NCBI GenBank assembly: GCA_033762295.1
Contig: JANRLW010000126.1
Location: forward strand, 12,660 to 76,659
From: Capsulimonadales bacterium
Lineage (GTDB): Bacteria > Armatimonadota > Armatimonadia > Armatimonadales > Armatimonadaceae
Direction of reading: 5' to 3'
Length of the DNA: 64,000 nt
The position numbers and the translations under genes are program-made. Positions within the stretch are counted from its first letter, which is position 1; every line of letters begins with the position of its first letter. Under the pieces are notes generated by a model. The model was given only the letters and a program-made list of their open reading frames with translations, had not been told where the DNA came from and ran no database searches. Positions 27,958 through 38,168 of this stretch are shown one piece after another.

Positions 27958-30120
27958 ATGCGCTTTCGTGCCGGTTCAACGCTAATCTATCCGCTGTTGC
28001 TGGCTATAACCGTGTCTTCCGGCCTGGTCCTGAATGCGGGCTGCGGCGGTGGCAGCAGCAGCCCCAAGCCGACTCCGGGCGGTTCGACCCCGACCCCGAC
28101 CCCGACCCCGACCGCCACGCCGACCCTGTCCGAGACAAGTGTCCGGCCGACGATCATCTGGTCGCCGCGAAGCCGTCAAGTCGTGACCGACAACGCCGTC
28201 AGCGGACCGGCTTCGGCCCTGTCGGTCGTGCTGACGCTGTCGCAACAGTCGCAACAGGGGGGCAATACCAATAAGTTTGTCGAGACGTTCAATCGCTCCG
28301 TTCCCATCTCCGGCGGTCCGCAGACCTACGAGACCCGCACTAAGGTGCTGCCTGCCGTCTACAACCTGACGGCGGTCTTCCATGCCGGGGCCGACGGTAG
28401 CGGCGCGGTCGTCGGAACGGCGGCGGCGGCGGTAACGGTCAACCCCGACGGCACGATCTCCACCACGATCGCCACCCGGGGCACCATCGAGCAGGTCGAG
28501 GTGCTTCCCGGTCAGACGGTTCGGATCGGTGAAACCAAGGATGTTCTCTACAGCACCCGCGACCGGGACGGGAACGTCGTGGCGGTTTCGCCCGGTTCGG
28601 GCTTCGTCGCGATCGTCGATGCGACCTCCCCCGAGCAGAGCACGACCGGCCAGGCCACCATCACCGCCTCCGGCGAACGGATTACCGGCGTTAACCCGTA
28701 CCAGGCGCGAATCAAGGTGACCGTCGACGGCACGGAAAGCCCCGTGGTCTCCGTGAAAGTCCTCTCCAACGTCGCGATCGATGTCAATCCGAAGAACGCG
28801 ACCATCTCCACCGGACTGGTCGGCGTCTTTACGGCGACGGTGACGAACGACGGCCCGCCCGCCAGCAGCGGCGTCCGGTTTACCATCAACCCGGTCGCCG
28901 GAACCCTGACCCAGCCGAACGCGACCACGGCCAACCTCGTGGCCGGTAGCCGGGATGTCGAGGGCGATTACCAGCTGGTCGCCACCAGCGTCTACGACCC
29001 CAACGTTTCCGTAACGATCCCGGTGACCGTCCGGTCCCTGGTCGCCGTGAACATCTCGCCCGAAACCGTTCCGACCGTCTCCTTCAAGGGCGGTACGCAG
29101 CAGTTCGCGGCAACGGTCGCTCAGGTGCCCGAGGGCCGCGATAACGGCGTCCTCTGGTCGGTGATTCCGGCCGAGGCCGGGACGATCTCCCCGAGCGGTC
29201 TGTTTACCGCCGGAGCGACCCCCGGACGCGTGACGGTTCGCGCGACCAGCATCTTCGACGACCGCAAGTTCGACGAAGTGTCCTTCGACGTCGCCTCGCT
29301 GGCCGTCGTCCGGATCACGACCCCGACCCCGATCGCCCCGATCTCGATCAAGACGACCCGCGCCCTTGCCGCGGCGGTGGACAACGTTCCCGCCGGACAG
29401 GATGCGGGAGTGAACTGGTCGGTCCAGGGCGGCGCGGCCAACGGGACGATCGACGCCAACGGCAACTATACGGCCCCGGCGACCCCGGGCGATTACACGG
29501 TCGTCGCGACCAGCCGCTTCGACGCGACGAAGACCGCCAGCGTCGTGATTCCGGTCCGCTCGTTTGTCACGGTCGCGGTTCCGGCCCAGCCCGACCTCTC
29601 GATCAAGGACACCCGAACGCTGACCGCCACCGTAACCGGCGTGCCGGAAGGCGCGGATGCCGGGGTCACCTGGACGATCGCCCCGGCGACGGGAACGCCC
29701 GCCGGCACCGATATCGGCGCGATCGATGCGAATACCGGCGTGTATAGGGCTCCCGCCAACCCGGTGAGTATCGTCGTCACCGCGACCAGCAATTTCGACC
29801 CGACGAAATCGGCTTCCCGGCCGCTCGCGGTCAGGTCGCTGGTGGTCATCAACGTGACGCCGGAAAACGCGACCATCTCGGTCAACGCTCGCCAGCAGTT
29901 CACGGCGGCCGTGACCGGAGTGGCGACGGGCGGCGATACCGGAGTGGACTGGCGCGTGGTCACCGCGAACGGTGGCACGATTGACGCCAACGGACTCTAT
30001 GTCGCCCCGGCGACCCCCGGTGACTACGTCATCGAAGCCAGGAGCAAGTTCGACCCCGCCAGGATCAGAACAGTTACCGTCCGCGTTCGCACCGGCAATC
30101 TCGGTGTCGGAGTGAACTAG
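27958..30120 (+). CDS. Lipoprotein with N-terminal beta domain and tandem Ig-like (Big_2-like) repeats
   Basis: GAGGAG RBS before ATG 27958; lipobox NAGC; PT linker; about five ~87-aa repeats (V..W.V....GTIDANG.Y.APATPG.Y.V.ATS.FD). Confidence 0.85.
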   Translation: MRFRAGSTLIYPLLLAITVSSGLVLNAGCGGGSSSPKPTPGGSTPTPTPTPTATPTLSETSVRPTIIWSPRSRQVVTDNAVSGPASALSVVLTLSQQSQQGGNTNKFVETFNRSVPISGGPQTYETRTKVLPAVYNLTAVFHAGADGSGAVVGTAAAAVTVNPDGTISTTIATRGTIEQVEVLPGQTVRIGETKDVLYSTRDRDGNVVAVSPGSGFVAIVDATSPEQSTTGQATITASGERITGVNPYQARIKVTVDGTESPVVSVKVLSNVAIDVNPKNATISTGLVGVFTATVTNDGPPASSGVRFTINPVAGTLTQPNATTANLVAGSRDVEGDYQLVATSVYDPNVSVTIPVTVRSLVAVNISPETVPTVSFKGGTQQFAATVAQVPEGRDNGVLWSVIPAEAGTISPSGLFTAGATPGRVTVRATSIFDDRKFDEVSFDVASLAVVRITTPTPIAPISIKTTRALAAAVDNVPAGQDAGVNWSVQGGAANGTIDANGNYTAPATPGDYTVVATSRFDATKTASVVIPVRSFVTVAVPAQPDLSIKDTRTLTATVTGVPEGADAGVTWTIAPATGTPAGTDIGAIDANTGVYRAPANPVSIVVTATSNFDPTKSASRPLAVRSLVVINVTPENATISVNARQQFTAAVTGVATGGDTGVDWRVVTANGGTIDANGLYVAPATPGDYVIEARSKFDPARIRTVTVRVRTGNLGVGVN
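28085..28113 (+). repeat. (CGACCC)n hexamer tandem repeat encoding a Pro-Thr linker
   Basis: Four full copies plus a partial copy, in frame. Confidence 0.85.
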
Positions 30121-30122
30121 TT

Positions 30123-32348
30123 ATGAGGAGCAAACCTTACATGAGGACATACGTACGGGGGGCGCGTCCGGTGGTTCATCGCCCCGGTCTGCGCGCGGTC
30201 TGCATCAGCATTGCGGCCGTCACCGCCCTGGGAATCGTTGCGCCGTTGTCCGGTTGCGGTAGCGGCAGTGGGGCTCTGCGCCCGGTCGCCGGAGTCACCC
30301 GGGCGAAGGGGACCGTCACCATGACGGTCTCCTGGCCCGCCCGGACCCGCCTGATTCCGGAGGTCGCCAACTCCATCCGGATCACGCTGGAACGGCTTCC
30401 GGATACGGCCATTCCGACCCCGAGGACCGTCGATCCGATCGTGATGAATCGACCGTTCACGACCGACGGCTCCGGAACGACCACCGCCACCTTTACCAAC
30501 CTGGAACTCGGGACGTACCGGGTGGTCGCGACCGCGTTCCCCGGCACCGGCACGCCCGGAATCCCGAACCCGACGACCGGCGAGAACGTTCCGGTCGCGA
30601 CCAAGGAAGCGGGAACCGTCGTGGTCGGAGCGGGAAATAACACCGTCACCCTGACGATGGATTCGACGATCGCCGTTCTGGAGCCGCTGCTCCCCGACAC
30701 GTTCCCGCGCGATACCGCCGGGAACCTGATTCTGGCTCCGTCCGAAGCCGTTCAGTTCGATATCGTCGCCTATGACGCGGCGACGGCCCCGCGAAACCGC
30801 GTTCTGTTCACCAAGTCGAAACTCAAATACGAGGTGACCCAGCAGAACGGCGCCAATGTCACGGTCAACTCCACCGGATTGGTGCAGGCGGTCAGCCTCG
30901 GCAACCCGCGCGTACCGGGATCGGCGACCATTCGAGTGACCGATGAGGAATCCGGAAAATCGTCCTCGATCGTGATCAACGTCGTGCCGGCCGGGCTTTC
31001 CCGGTTCGCCCAGTGGGCGCGTTTCCGTGGCGATTCGCAAAACACCGGCCAGGTGCGCGATGCCGGAATCCCGATCCTCGATGCGACGGGTCGTAGCGGA
31101 GCGGGACAGAACTGGCCGTTCTTTACCCAGAGTTCGATCATCTTCTCCTCGCCGGTAATTGCGGAGGACGGAACCATCTATATCGGAACCGTTTCCAAGG
31201 GCAACCCGCCGACCGGAGGCGATCAGACGCTCTTTGCGATCAACCCCGACGGGTCGCAGAAATGGCGTTTCGATGACGCCGGCAACATGGGGGATATCGA
31301 GGGCACGCCGACCATCGGGCAGGACGGCACCGTCTACATCGGTTCCACCAACGGTATCGTGTACGCCATTGAGGATACCGGAAGCGCGCCGCGGGTCAAG
31401 TGGACCTTTAACGCGGGCCGCGCGATCTATTCCTCCGTCGCACTGGGGCAGGACAACACCCTGTTCGTCGCGACGGGCGCGGACGCGAACGAAAAGAGCG
31501 ATGTCTACGCCCTCTCCGTCGTGACCGGCCAGAAGATCAAGGCGCGTCAGGTCGACGGCACGGTGAAGGACTGGGAACTCAGTGAACGGGTGGACGGCGA
31601 GATTCTCGGATCTCCGGCTCTTTCGCGCGACGGTTCGTTCCTCTTCCTGACGACGATGAGCGGGAACGTTTATGCGTTCCGAACCGGCGCGAACGGCACC
31701 CTCGGCGGAACCCGCCAGTGGCAGACGAACCCGAACGGCAACGGAATCCAGGCCGCGCCGGTCGTCACCCGCATCGGCGCAACCGATGTGGTCGTGGTCG
31801 CCACCCTGAACGGACGGGTGTTCGCCCTGCGAACGGACACGGGCGCGTCGACCAGCGGTTGGCCGGCTCAGGGATATGATTCCGGCGAAGCGCAGATCTA
31901 CTCGACACCGACGGTTCGCGAGGACGATGCCGGTATCGCGCAGTTTATCTACATCGCGACGCTGGATAACTCCTCCGGCTCCTTCGATCACAAGGTCGTC
32001 GGCCTGAACGCCGCCGACGGGACCGAAGTCTGGCGGACACCGGTCGGCCTGTTCCCCGAAGGATTCACCTCCTCGCCGATCCTGAGCGGGGACGGAACCG
32101 CGCTTTACATCGGCTGCTTCGACGGGAATGTCTACGCGGTGGACGCCGATCCGGCGAACGCCAACGCGGAGCACGGGCTCGTTCAGGTCAATGTTGGCGG
32201 AACCCTGACGGACTGGATCTTCCCGACCGTCTCCCCCGGACAGTCCAACAACCTGGAATCGTCGCCTACCGTCGACAAACAAGGGCATCTTTATATCGGC
32301 GGTCTGGATGGACGGGTGTTCTCGATCGGGAACAACCCGGCAAAATAG
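30123..32348 (+). CDS. Lipoprotein with N-terminal beta domain, Ig-like domain and PQQ-like beta-propeller
   Basis: Lipobox LSGC; WARFRGDSQNTG and repeated SSP.I..DGT.YIG...G..YA.....G..KW blades; start may be 30141 (GAGGAG upstream). Confidence 0.85.
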   Translation: MRSKPYMRTYVRGARPVVHRPGLRAVCISIAAVTALGIVAPLSGCGSGSGALRPVAGVTRAKGTVTMTVSWPARTRLIPEVANSIRITLERLPDTAIPTPRTVDPIVMNRPFTTDGSGTTTATFTNLELGTYRVVATAFPGTGTPGIPNPTTGENVPVATKEAGTVVVGAGNNTVTLTMDSTIAVLEPLLPDTFPRDTAGNLILAPSEAVQFDIVAYDAATAPRNRVLFTKSKLKYEVTQQNGANVTVNSTGLVQAVSLGNPRVPGSATIRVTDEESGKSSSIVINVVPAGLSRFAQWARFRGDSQNTGQVRDAGIPILDATGRSGAGQNWPFFTQSSIIFSSPVIAEDGTIYIGTVSKGNPPTGGDQTLFAINPDGSQKWRFDDAGNMGDIEGTPTIGQDGTVYIGSTNGIVYAIEDTGSAPRVKWTFNAGRAIYSSVALGQDNTLFVATGADANEKSDVYALSVVTGQKIKARQVDGTVKDWELSERVDGEILGSPALSRDGSFLFLTTMSGNVYAFRTGANGTLGGTRQWQTNPNGNGIQAAPVVTRIGATDVVVVATLNGRVFALRTDTGASTSGWPAQGYDSGEAQIYSTPTVREDDAGIAQFIYIATLDNSSGSFDHKVVGLNAADGTEVWRTPVGLFPEGFTSSPILSGDGTALYIGCFDGNVYAVDADPANANAEHGLVQVNVGGTLTDWIFPTVSPGQSNNLESSPTVDKQGHLYIGGLDGRVFSIGNNPAK

Positions 32349-32361
32349 ACCCGACACGAAA

Positions 32362-32398
32362 GGGAACGGAGTGGCGAATTCCGTTCCCGATCTTTCTC
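32362..32398 (+). terminator. Probable intrinsic terminator after the lipoprotein pair
   Basis: GGGAACGGAGT-GGCGA-ATTCCGTTCCC stem followed by a weak TCTTTCTC tail. Confidence 0.5.
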
Positions 32399-32587
32399 AC
32401 TTCCGGAGGGTTCCGGAATTAACGGTCTTCAACGGAACGCACCGCGCCTTGTTTGTGCGGTTGACGGTTCGCGCCGGAAACTCACCGTGCGGGAACCGCG
32501 CAACGTGGTCGGCATCGACCGACGAAACGGCGGCCAGGACACGTGAACCGCACCGGTTCCGGCGGTTGTTCCGAATTGGAGAAGGAA

Positions 32588-35500
32588 ATGCACTGGATTC
32601 ATTCTATGAAACAAACATGGCGACGACAGGCACGGAACCGTTTTATAACGGCAGCCTGCCTTCTCTCCCTGGTGGCGATCGCTTCGCAGTCCAACGCCCA
32701 GCGAAGCCTTCCCCCGGATAAACGTCAGTTTCTTCTGAACACCACCATCGGTCCGAACGGACGCGTTCTGCCGCGTCGCGCCCGGACGCCGCTGGTTCCG
32801 CTTCGGATGAAATACCGCGTCACCAGCCCGTCGGTCTCCGCGGCCTGGCGAAGCTACCTGAAGAACTATCCCGAGACAAAACCGGACCTCGAGGCGCTCC
32901 GCAAAGCGCTTCAGCAGCGGGACAACATGCCGTCCGCCGCGCTTTCCGGCCGCACTGCCGGGCCGCTCGTGCCGGGCCGGCCCGCACCCCGTCTCGGCGG
33001 CAATCGCGGGGACGGCGGGCTCGCTCTCGGTGGCGGATTCACCCGGAACGCCGGACGCCAGAATATCGCGACGGCGACCAATCGAACGTGGATCAGCGAA
33101 GGTCCGTTCGATGTGACGCCTCCGGCAGACGCCAACCAGCAAATCTTCTTCGGCAACAAGAAGATCGCGGGTCGTGTCAACGGGATCGCCCATGACAACG
33201 CGGGCAACGTTTATGCGGCGACCGCGGGCGGTGGCCTCTGGAAGTTCAAGCCGAACCCGAACTTCGATCCGGAAACCCCCTGGGACCCTCTGAATCCTCG
33301 CCTGCTGATCGATCCGTACAATTCGTCCGATCCCAGCCCGAAACCGCTTTCCGACTTCACCTTTCCGACGTTGCAGACCAGCAGCGTGGCCGTGGACCCG
33401 CGGAACAACCGGGTGATTTATGTGGGAATGGGCGACTACAGCCTGGCCGGGCGGGATGTCGTCATCGGGAACGGATTGTTCCCGGCGCGTCTGAGCAATA
33501 ACATCAACTACAGCGTCGGAATGATGAAGACCGTCAACGGCGGAACGACCTGGTTCAACATCGCCAATGGTCGGCTGAAAGAACCGCGGCGCACAAGCAC
33601 GACGACGTTGAACCCGGGAACGACGCTCGATTCGATCGATCCGGCGCTGTCCAACTTCGATGACGAGTACAATTTCGGTCGGATCAAGATCACTTCCGGC
33701 GCGCTGAACGGACAGGTTCGGACCATCACGGACTACGTCGGAAACGCGGGTACCGTCACGGTCGGCGGCGTTCAGTTCATTATCCACCGATTTACCGTCG
33801 ATGCGGCGTACCCCACGATCCCTGCGCCGCCGGCAGGAACCACCGGGTACACCATGGATCTGCAGCCGCCGATCATGGAGGGAACCGCCGTCAGCTCGAT
33901 CGTCGTCGATCCGGACGATTCTCGTCGTCTGCTGGCCACCACCGGTCGGGGCGTCGGGCCCGGTCGAATCTGGGTCTCGACCGATGCGGGCAATAACTGG
34001 GAACTGGCCCGCTTCTCCACCGGTCAGCCGTTGCCGATCGGCGACTACAGCAACGTCGATTACAGCCTCCCGTTCACCGACGGTACGACCAATTTGAGGA
34101 CGCGCGTCTATTATGCCGCCTCGGTCGGCCAGGGAATCTACCGGTCCTTCGACCGGGGAGTAACCTGGGAGCAGATGAACGTTCCGCTGGTCTTCAACGA
34201 TCCGAACCGGGGCGGCGTCCCGGCGGGCGGCCCGGAACTCGGGTTGAAGGTCGTCGCCGGACGGAAACAGGGAAATGCCGGTCTTGTCTACGTTTTTGAT
34301 GCGTCCGGCGGATTCTTCGATGGCCGGGTCCTGAAGAGTCTCGACGGAAATAACCGGACCGGGGCCGGTTGGACCGATATCACCGGCAACTATCCGCGTC
34401 CGGAAGACGCCAACAACTTCGACTTCGCCAACTACGATACCACGCTCGGAATCGGTCAGGCGATCGTCAATGTGCTTCAACTGGATGGCGTCGGGAATGT
34501 TGTTCCGACCGGGAAGACGGTCACCCAGGAAGTGCTTCTGGGCGGTCAGCTCTTCATGGGCGCGGCGCTCGGGGCGGTCAGTATCAACAACGGCATCTAC
34601 GGTAGCACCATATCCGGTGTTCCGAACCTGCGCCTTGACACCGGCGTCGGTCAGGACTGGGCGGAAATCGCTCAGGGAGTAACTCACGGCTTCCATCATG
34701 CGGTGACGTTCGACAACATCAGCCCGTTCCTTGGCTTTTCGGCTAACGATGGTGGCCTGTACCAGATCTCCTACCAGCCGGGCGCAATCGTCGTTCCCGC
34801 CGCGGACGATCCCGATCAGACCCCGCTGTTCTTCAACGGAGCCACCTTCGAATACGACATCCTGGACAACGGACAGGAACCCAACCAGGATTTCCGTATC
34901 TCCGAAATTTACCGGGCCGATTTCCTGGAAACCGATCCCGGTACGACTCCGAGCCGGAATGTCGTTCGCATGGTCGGTTCTCTGGTTTCCAACGGGATGG
35001 TTCAGGGGACGGCGGACTACACCGGAACGACCCCGAATCGTTTCTGGTCGTCCCTCTCCTTCGTCTTCGATAATCAGTTCCTCAGCGATACCTTCTTCAC
35101 CAATCCGACCGATCCGACCCGACTAGATCCGATGCCCATACGTTTCGATGCAAACGGTGAGGCGCTGAACGATCCGAACGGAGTCCGGTTCGCCCCGATC
35201 CTCGATCCGCCGCTGATCTTCGGCTTTGAGATCGATAACATCGTCTTCGATCCGACCGATCCGACCGGTAACACGCAGTACATGATCACTGCCGGCGAAC
35301 CGTCCACCCCCTGGGGCGACCCGGATAACACCGGCAACTCGTGGAAATCGATTTTCATGACCCGGGACAACTGGACGAGCTATCAGGACATCACGCCCAA
35401 CCGGTACCTTTCCGTGTTCTTCGGAGTGGTGGATGCCCCGGACCGGGACGGCCCCCTCTTTATCTACAACTCCCTCGAACCGGCCGATACGGCCACGCCG

Positions 35501-36928
35501 GGGAACTGGACCGGGGAGGGACGTCCTTACGTCGGTATGCCGATCGCGTTCGGGTTCACTCCGCAAATTTCGGGAGCGGGCCTTGGAAATCAGTTCATTC
35601 CGAACACGGCAACCCCGTTGCCAACCGCCAACGGTCCGGGAGGTCTGACCAACCAGTACACCGAGACAACCCTCTATACCGGCGGCCAGTTCCTCTGGCG
35701 GTTCGATCCGCCCGGCAGTCTGGCGAAGCCGAAATATCCGCCCGGACCTCTCGGACGGACCGCGAACCCGACGGACGGAAGCCCCCCGTACAACTACTTT
35801 GAGCGGGTCTTCCCGAACCTCGATTACGGCGCCTGGCGGCGGGTCAGCCCGCAGCTGGCGACGGGAACCGATTACATCACGGCCATCGCGATCGAACCGA
35901 TCCGCGGCAGTGATGCGGAGGCGGTGCTGACCAACAACCGAATCTATGTCGGTACGTCGAACGGCTCCGTCTGGATCACTCGGGATGGTACCGACCTGAC
36001 GCCCGCTTCGGTGCAGGCCGATTACATCGCTACCACGGCCGCCGAATGGCGACAGATCGCCGGACCCGGGGTCAACGGAAACACGTTGCCCGCCCGCCCT
36101 GTGACGTCGATCAGCATCAATACGGACCCGTCGGCGACCAACCTCGGTGACATCATCGTCACGCTGGGCGGCGCGCCGAACGTCGCCCGCGTCTGGAGGT
36201 CGACCAACACCACCGGCGCCGTGACGCCGATCTTCACCGCGGTCAGCGGCCAGGGATTCGCCTCCCTTCCGGATGTGCCGGTGAACGGTCTCGCTCGCGA
36301 CCCGGATGACCCGACCAACACGCTCTATGCCGCGACCGATCTCGGGGTGTTCACCAGCATCGATGGTGGCGCGACCTGGAGCAATGCCACCGCGCCGCTC
36401 GGACTGCCGAACGTCGAGTGTACCTCGATCAAGGTCATTCCCGGTCGCCGGGACACGATCGGAACACGGTCGCCACGGCAACTCTACGTTTCCACGTTCG
36501 GACGGGGTATCTACCGGTTCGACCTCAACGATCTGGTGACGTCGAATTCCCGACCGAACCTGAGGATCACTCAGAACTTCACCCGGAACGGCAACGAGAT
36601 CATCGTTAACGTGATCGTCACCAACGTCGCCACTCCCGGTCAGGCGGTCGGAACCGCCTTCGACGTGCGATTGACCGGAGCGACCCTCCAGGCCGACAAT
36701 AACCCCACTCAGGTTTCGTCGACGTCCTTCTTCGACGGACCGATCGGCATCGGAACGATCGCGCCGGGCCAGTCTCAGGTGGTGACCATCCGGTTCCCGG
36801 CGAGCGTCGGGCGGCCGGGACGGGCAGTGATCTTCCGCGCTAACGGCTCGCTGACTCTGCCGCCGTTCCCGCCCGGAACGCCCAGCACGTTCAGCAACGG
36901 GACCGGTTACCGAACCCGACTTCCGTAG
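32588..36928 (+). CDS. Large secreted BNR/Asp-box beta-propeller protein with C-terminal Ig-like domain
   Basis: Signal peptide ending SNA-Q; Asp boxes KTVNGGTTW, STDAGNNW, SFDRGVTW, SIDGGATW; LYAATDLGVF and LYVSTFGRGIY blades (VPS10/GH74-like architecture). Confidence 0.82.
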   Translation: MHWIHSMKQTWRRQARNRFITAACLLSLVAIASQSNAQRSLPPDKRQFLLNTTIGPNGRVLPRRARTPLVPLRMKYRVTSPSVSAAWRSYLKNYPETKPDLEALRKALQQRDNMPSAALSGRTAGPLVPGRPAPRLGGNRGDGGLALGGGFTRNAGRQNIATATNRTWISEGPFDVTPPADANQQIFFGNKKIAGRVNGIAHDNAGNVYAATAGGGLWKFKPNPNFDPETPWDPLNPRLLIDPYNSSDPSPKPLSDFTFPTLQTSSVAVDPRNNRVIYVGMGDYSLAGRDVVIGNGLFPARLSNNINYSVGMMKTVNGGTTWFNIANGRLKEPRRTSTTTLNPGTTLDSIDPALSNFDDEYNFGRIKITSGALNGQVRTITDYVGNAGTVTVGGVQFIIHRFTVDAAYPTIPAPPAGTTGYTMDLQPPIMEGTAVSSIVVDPDDSRRLLATTGRGVGPGRIWVSTDAGNNWELARFSTGQPLPIGDYSNVDYSLPFTDGTTNLRTRVYYAASVGQGIYRSFDRGVTWEQMNVPLVFNDPNRGGVPAGGPELGLKVVAGRKQGNAGLVYVFDASGGFFDGRVLKSLDGNNRTGAGWTDITGNYPRPEDANNFDFANYDTTLGIGQAIVNVLQLDGVGNVVPTGKTVTQEVLLGGQLFMGAALGAVSINNGIYGSTISGVPNLRLDTGVGQDWAEIAQGVTHGFHHAVTFDNISPFLGFSANDGGLYQISYQPGAIVVPAADDPDQTPLFFNGATFEYDILDNGQEPNQDFRISEIYRADFLETDPGTTPSRNVVRMVGSLVSNGMVQGTADYTGTTPNRFWSSLSFVFDNQFLSDTFFTNPTDPTRLDPMPIRFDANGEALNDPNGVRFAPILDPPLIFGFEIDNIVFDPTDPTGNTQYMITAGEPSTPWGDPDNTGNSWKSIFMTRDNWTSYQDITPNRYLSVFFGVVDAPDRDGPLFIYNSLEPADTATPGNWTGEGRPYVGMPIAFGFTPQISGAGLGNQFIPNTATPLPTANGPGGLTNQYTETTLYTGGQFLWRFDPPGSLAKPKYPPGPLGRTANPTDGSPPYNYFERVFPNLDYGAWRRVSPQLATGTDYITAIAIEPIRGSDAEAVLTNNRIYVGTSNGSVWITRDGTDLTPASVQADYIATTAAEWRQIAGPGVNGNTLPARPVTSISINTDPSATNLGDIIVTLGGAPNVARVWRSTNTTGAVTPIFTAVSGQGFASLPDVPVNGLARDPDDPTNTLYAATDLGVFTSIDGGATWSNATAPLGLPNVECTSIKVIPGRRDTIGTRSPRQLYVSTFGRGIYRFDLNDLVTSNSRPNLRITQNFTRNGNEIIVNVIVTNVATPGQAVGTAFDVRLTGATLQADNNPTQVSSTSFFDGPIGIGTIAPGQSQVVTIRFPASVGRPGRAVIFRANGSLTLPPFPPGTPSTFSNGTGYRTRLP

Positions 36929-36949
36929 TCCGTTCGTTTGAACCGACAG

Positions 36950-36983
36950 ACGCCCCGGAGCATGGCTCCGGGGCGTTTTTTTT
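36950..36983 (+). terminator. Rho-independent terminator
   Basis: ACGCCCCGGAGC-ATG-GCTCCGGGGCGT perfect stem running into a T tract. Confidence 0.9.
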
Positions 36984-37008
36984 GGGAATGGGGTAACCGG
37001 CAATACGA

Positions 37009-37014
37009 TATAAT
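37009..37014 (+). promoter_or_regulatory. -10 box 8 nt upstream of the mnmA ATG
   Basis: TATAAT-AAACGGCT-ATG directly after a terminator; no SD sequence. Confidence 0.6.
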
Positions 37015-37022
37015 AAACGGCT

Positions 37023-38168
37023 ATGAACGGAAACCGCCGGAAAATCGTGGTCGCAATGAGCGGGGGCGTCGATTCCTCCGTCGCTGCGGCGCTTCTAAAG
37101 GACCAGGGTCATGAGGTCATCGGAGTGACCCTTCAAATCTGGCAGGAAAGCACCAAAGATACCCGTGGAGCCGGGTGCTGCTCCCTGGGGGCGGTCGAGG
37201 ACGCCCGCCGGGTAGCGACTCGGATCGGCATCCCGCATTATGTGCTCAATTACCGAGAACCGTTCCACGACCGGGTGATTGCGCCCTTTGTCGAGGATTA
37301 TCGTAGGGGCCGAACACCGAACCCCTGCATCAACTGTAACCGTTACATCAAGTTCGACGCCTTGATGGAAAAGACGCTGGCCCTTGGAGCCGATTATCTG
37401 GCGACCGGTCATTACGCCCGCGTATTCCACGATCCGGAAACCGATCGTTTCGTTCTGGCCCGCGCGGGAAACCGGGAGAAGGATCAGACATACGCCCTGT
37501 ACGCCACCCGGCAGAGCGAGTTGAGGCATATGCATATGCCTCTGGGCGATGTGCTTTCCAAAGAGGAGACGCGTGAGATCGCCCGCCGTTACGGACTGGC
37601 GGTCGCTTCCAAGCCGGATTCTCAGGAGATCTGTTTTGTCCAGAACGGCGACTACACGGATTTCCTTCGGAACACGGCGCCGGAAATGGCGACGGCCGGG
37701 AACATCGTCGATTCCTCCGGGAAGGTGCGGGGAACGCATTCCGGGGTCGCGTTCTATACGATCGGTCAGCGAAAAAGGATCAATGTCGGATCGCCGATCC
37801 CGCTGTATGTCCTTTCGGTGGATCCGTCCACGAACACCGTACTCGTGGGAAGCGACCAGGAATTGTACGCCGACGGTTGCCGTGCGGAGGACCTGACCTG
37901 GGTCGCGATGGCCGAGCCGCCGGTCGGGGTTCGGGTTCCCTGCCAGGTTAAAATCCGTTACAATATGCCGGCGGCACCGGCAGTGCTGGAACGCCTGCCG
38001 GATGACACCGTTCAGGTACAATTCGAACGTCCGCTACGCGCGGTGACCCCCGGTCAGGCGGCGGTTTTTTACGGTGTCGGCGACCGGGAGGATTGGGTTC
38101 TCGGAGGCGGGACCATCGTCGGTTCGGTCGGTTCGGGGGAACCCGGTAGCGAAGAGAGGATGCGTTGA
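37023..38168 (+). CDS. mnmA: tRNA 2-thiouridine(34) synthase
   Basis: [50 protein letters not shown]. Confidence 0.96.
   Translation: MNGNRRKIVVAMSGGVDSSVAAALLKDQGHEVIGVTLQIWQESTKDTRGAGCCSLGAVEDARRVATRIGIPHYVLNYREPFHDRVIAPFVEDYRRGRTPNPCINCNRYIKFDALMEKTLALGADYLATGHYARVFHDPETDRFVLARAGNREKDQTYALYATRQSELRHMHMPLGDVLSKEETREIARRYGLAVASKPDSQEICFVQNGDYTDFLRNTAPEMATAGNIVDSSGKVRGTHSGVAFYTIGQRKRINVGSPIPLYVLSVDPSTNTVLVGSDQELYADGCRAEDLTWVAMAEPPVGVRVPCQVKIRYNMPAAPAVLERLPDDTVQVQFERPLRAVTPGQAAVFYGVGDREDWVLGGGTIVGSVGSGEPGSEERMR

Noticed and set aside
29030..30090. Repeated DNA segments as a CRISPR array or repeat element
   Set aside because: Degenerate in-frame copies encoding Ig-like protein repeats; no identical repeats with spacers and no cas genes.
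30117..37003. Long minus-strand ORFs (30117-32357, 32429-34699, 35123-37003)
   Set aside because: Antisense to well-supported exported proteins; explained by codon bias.
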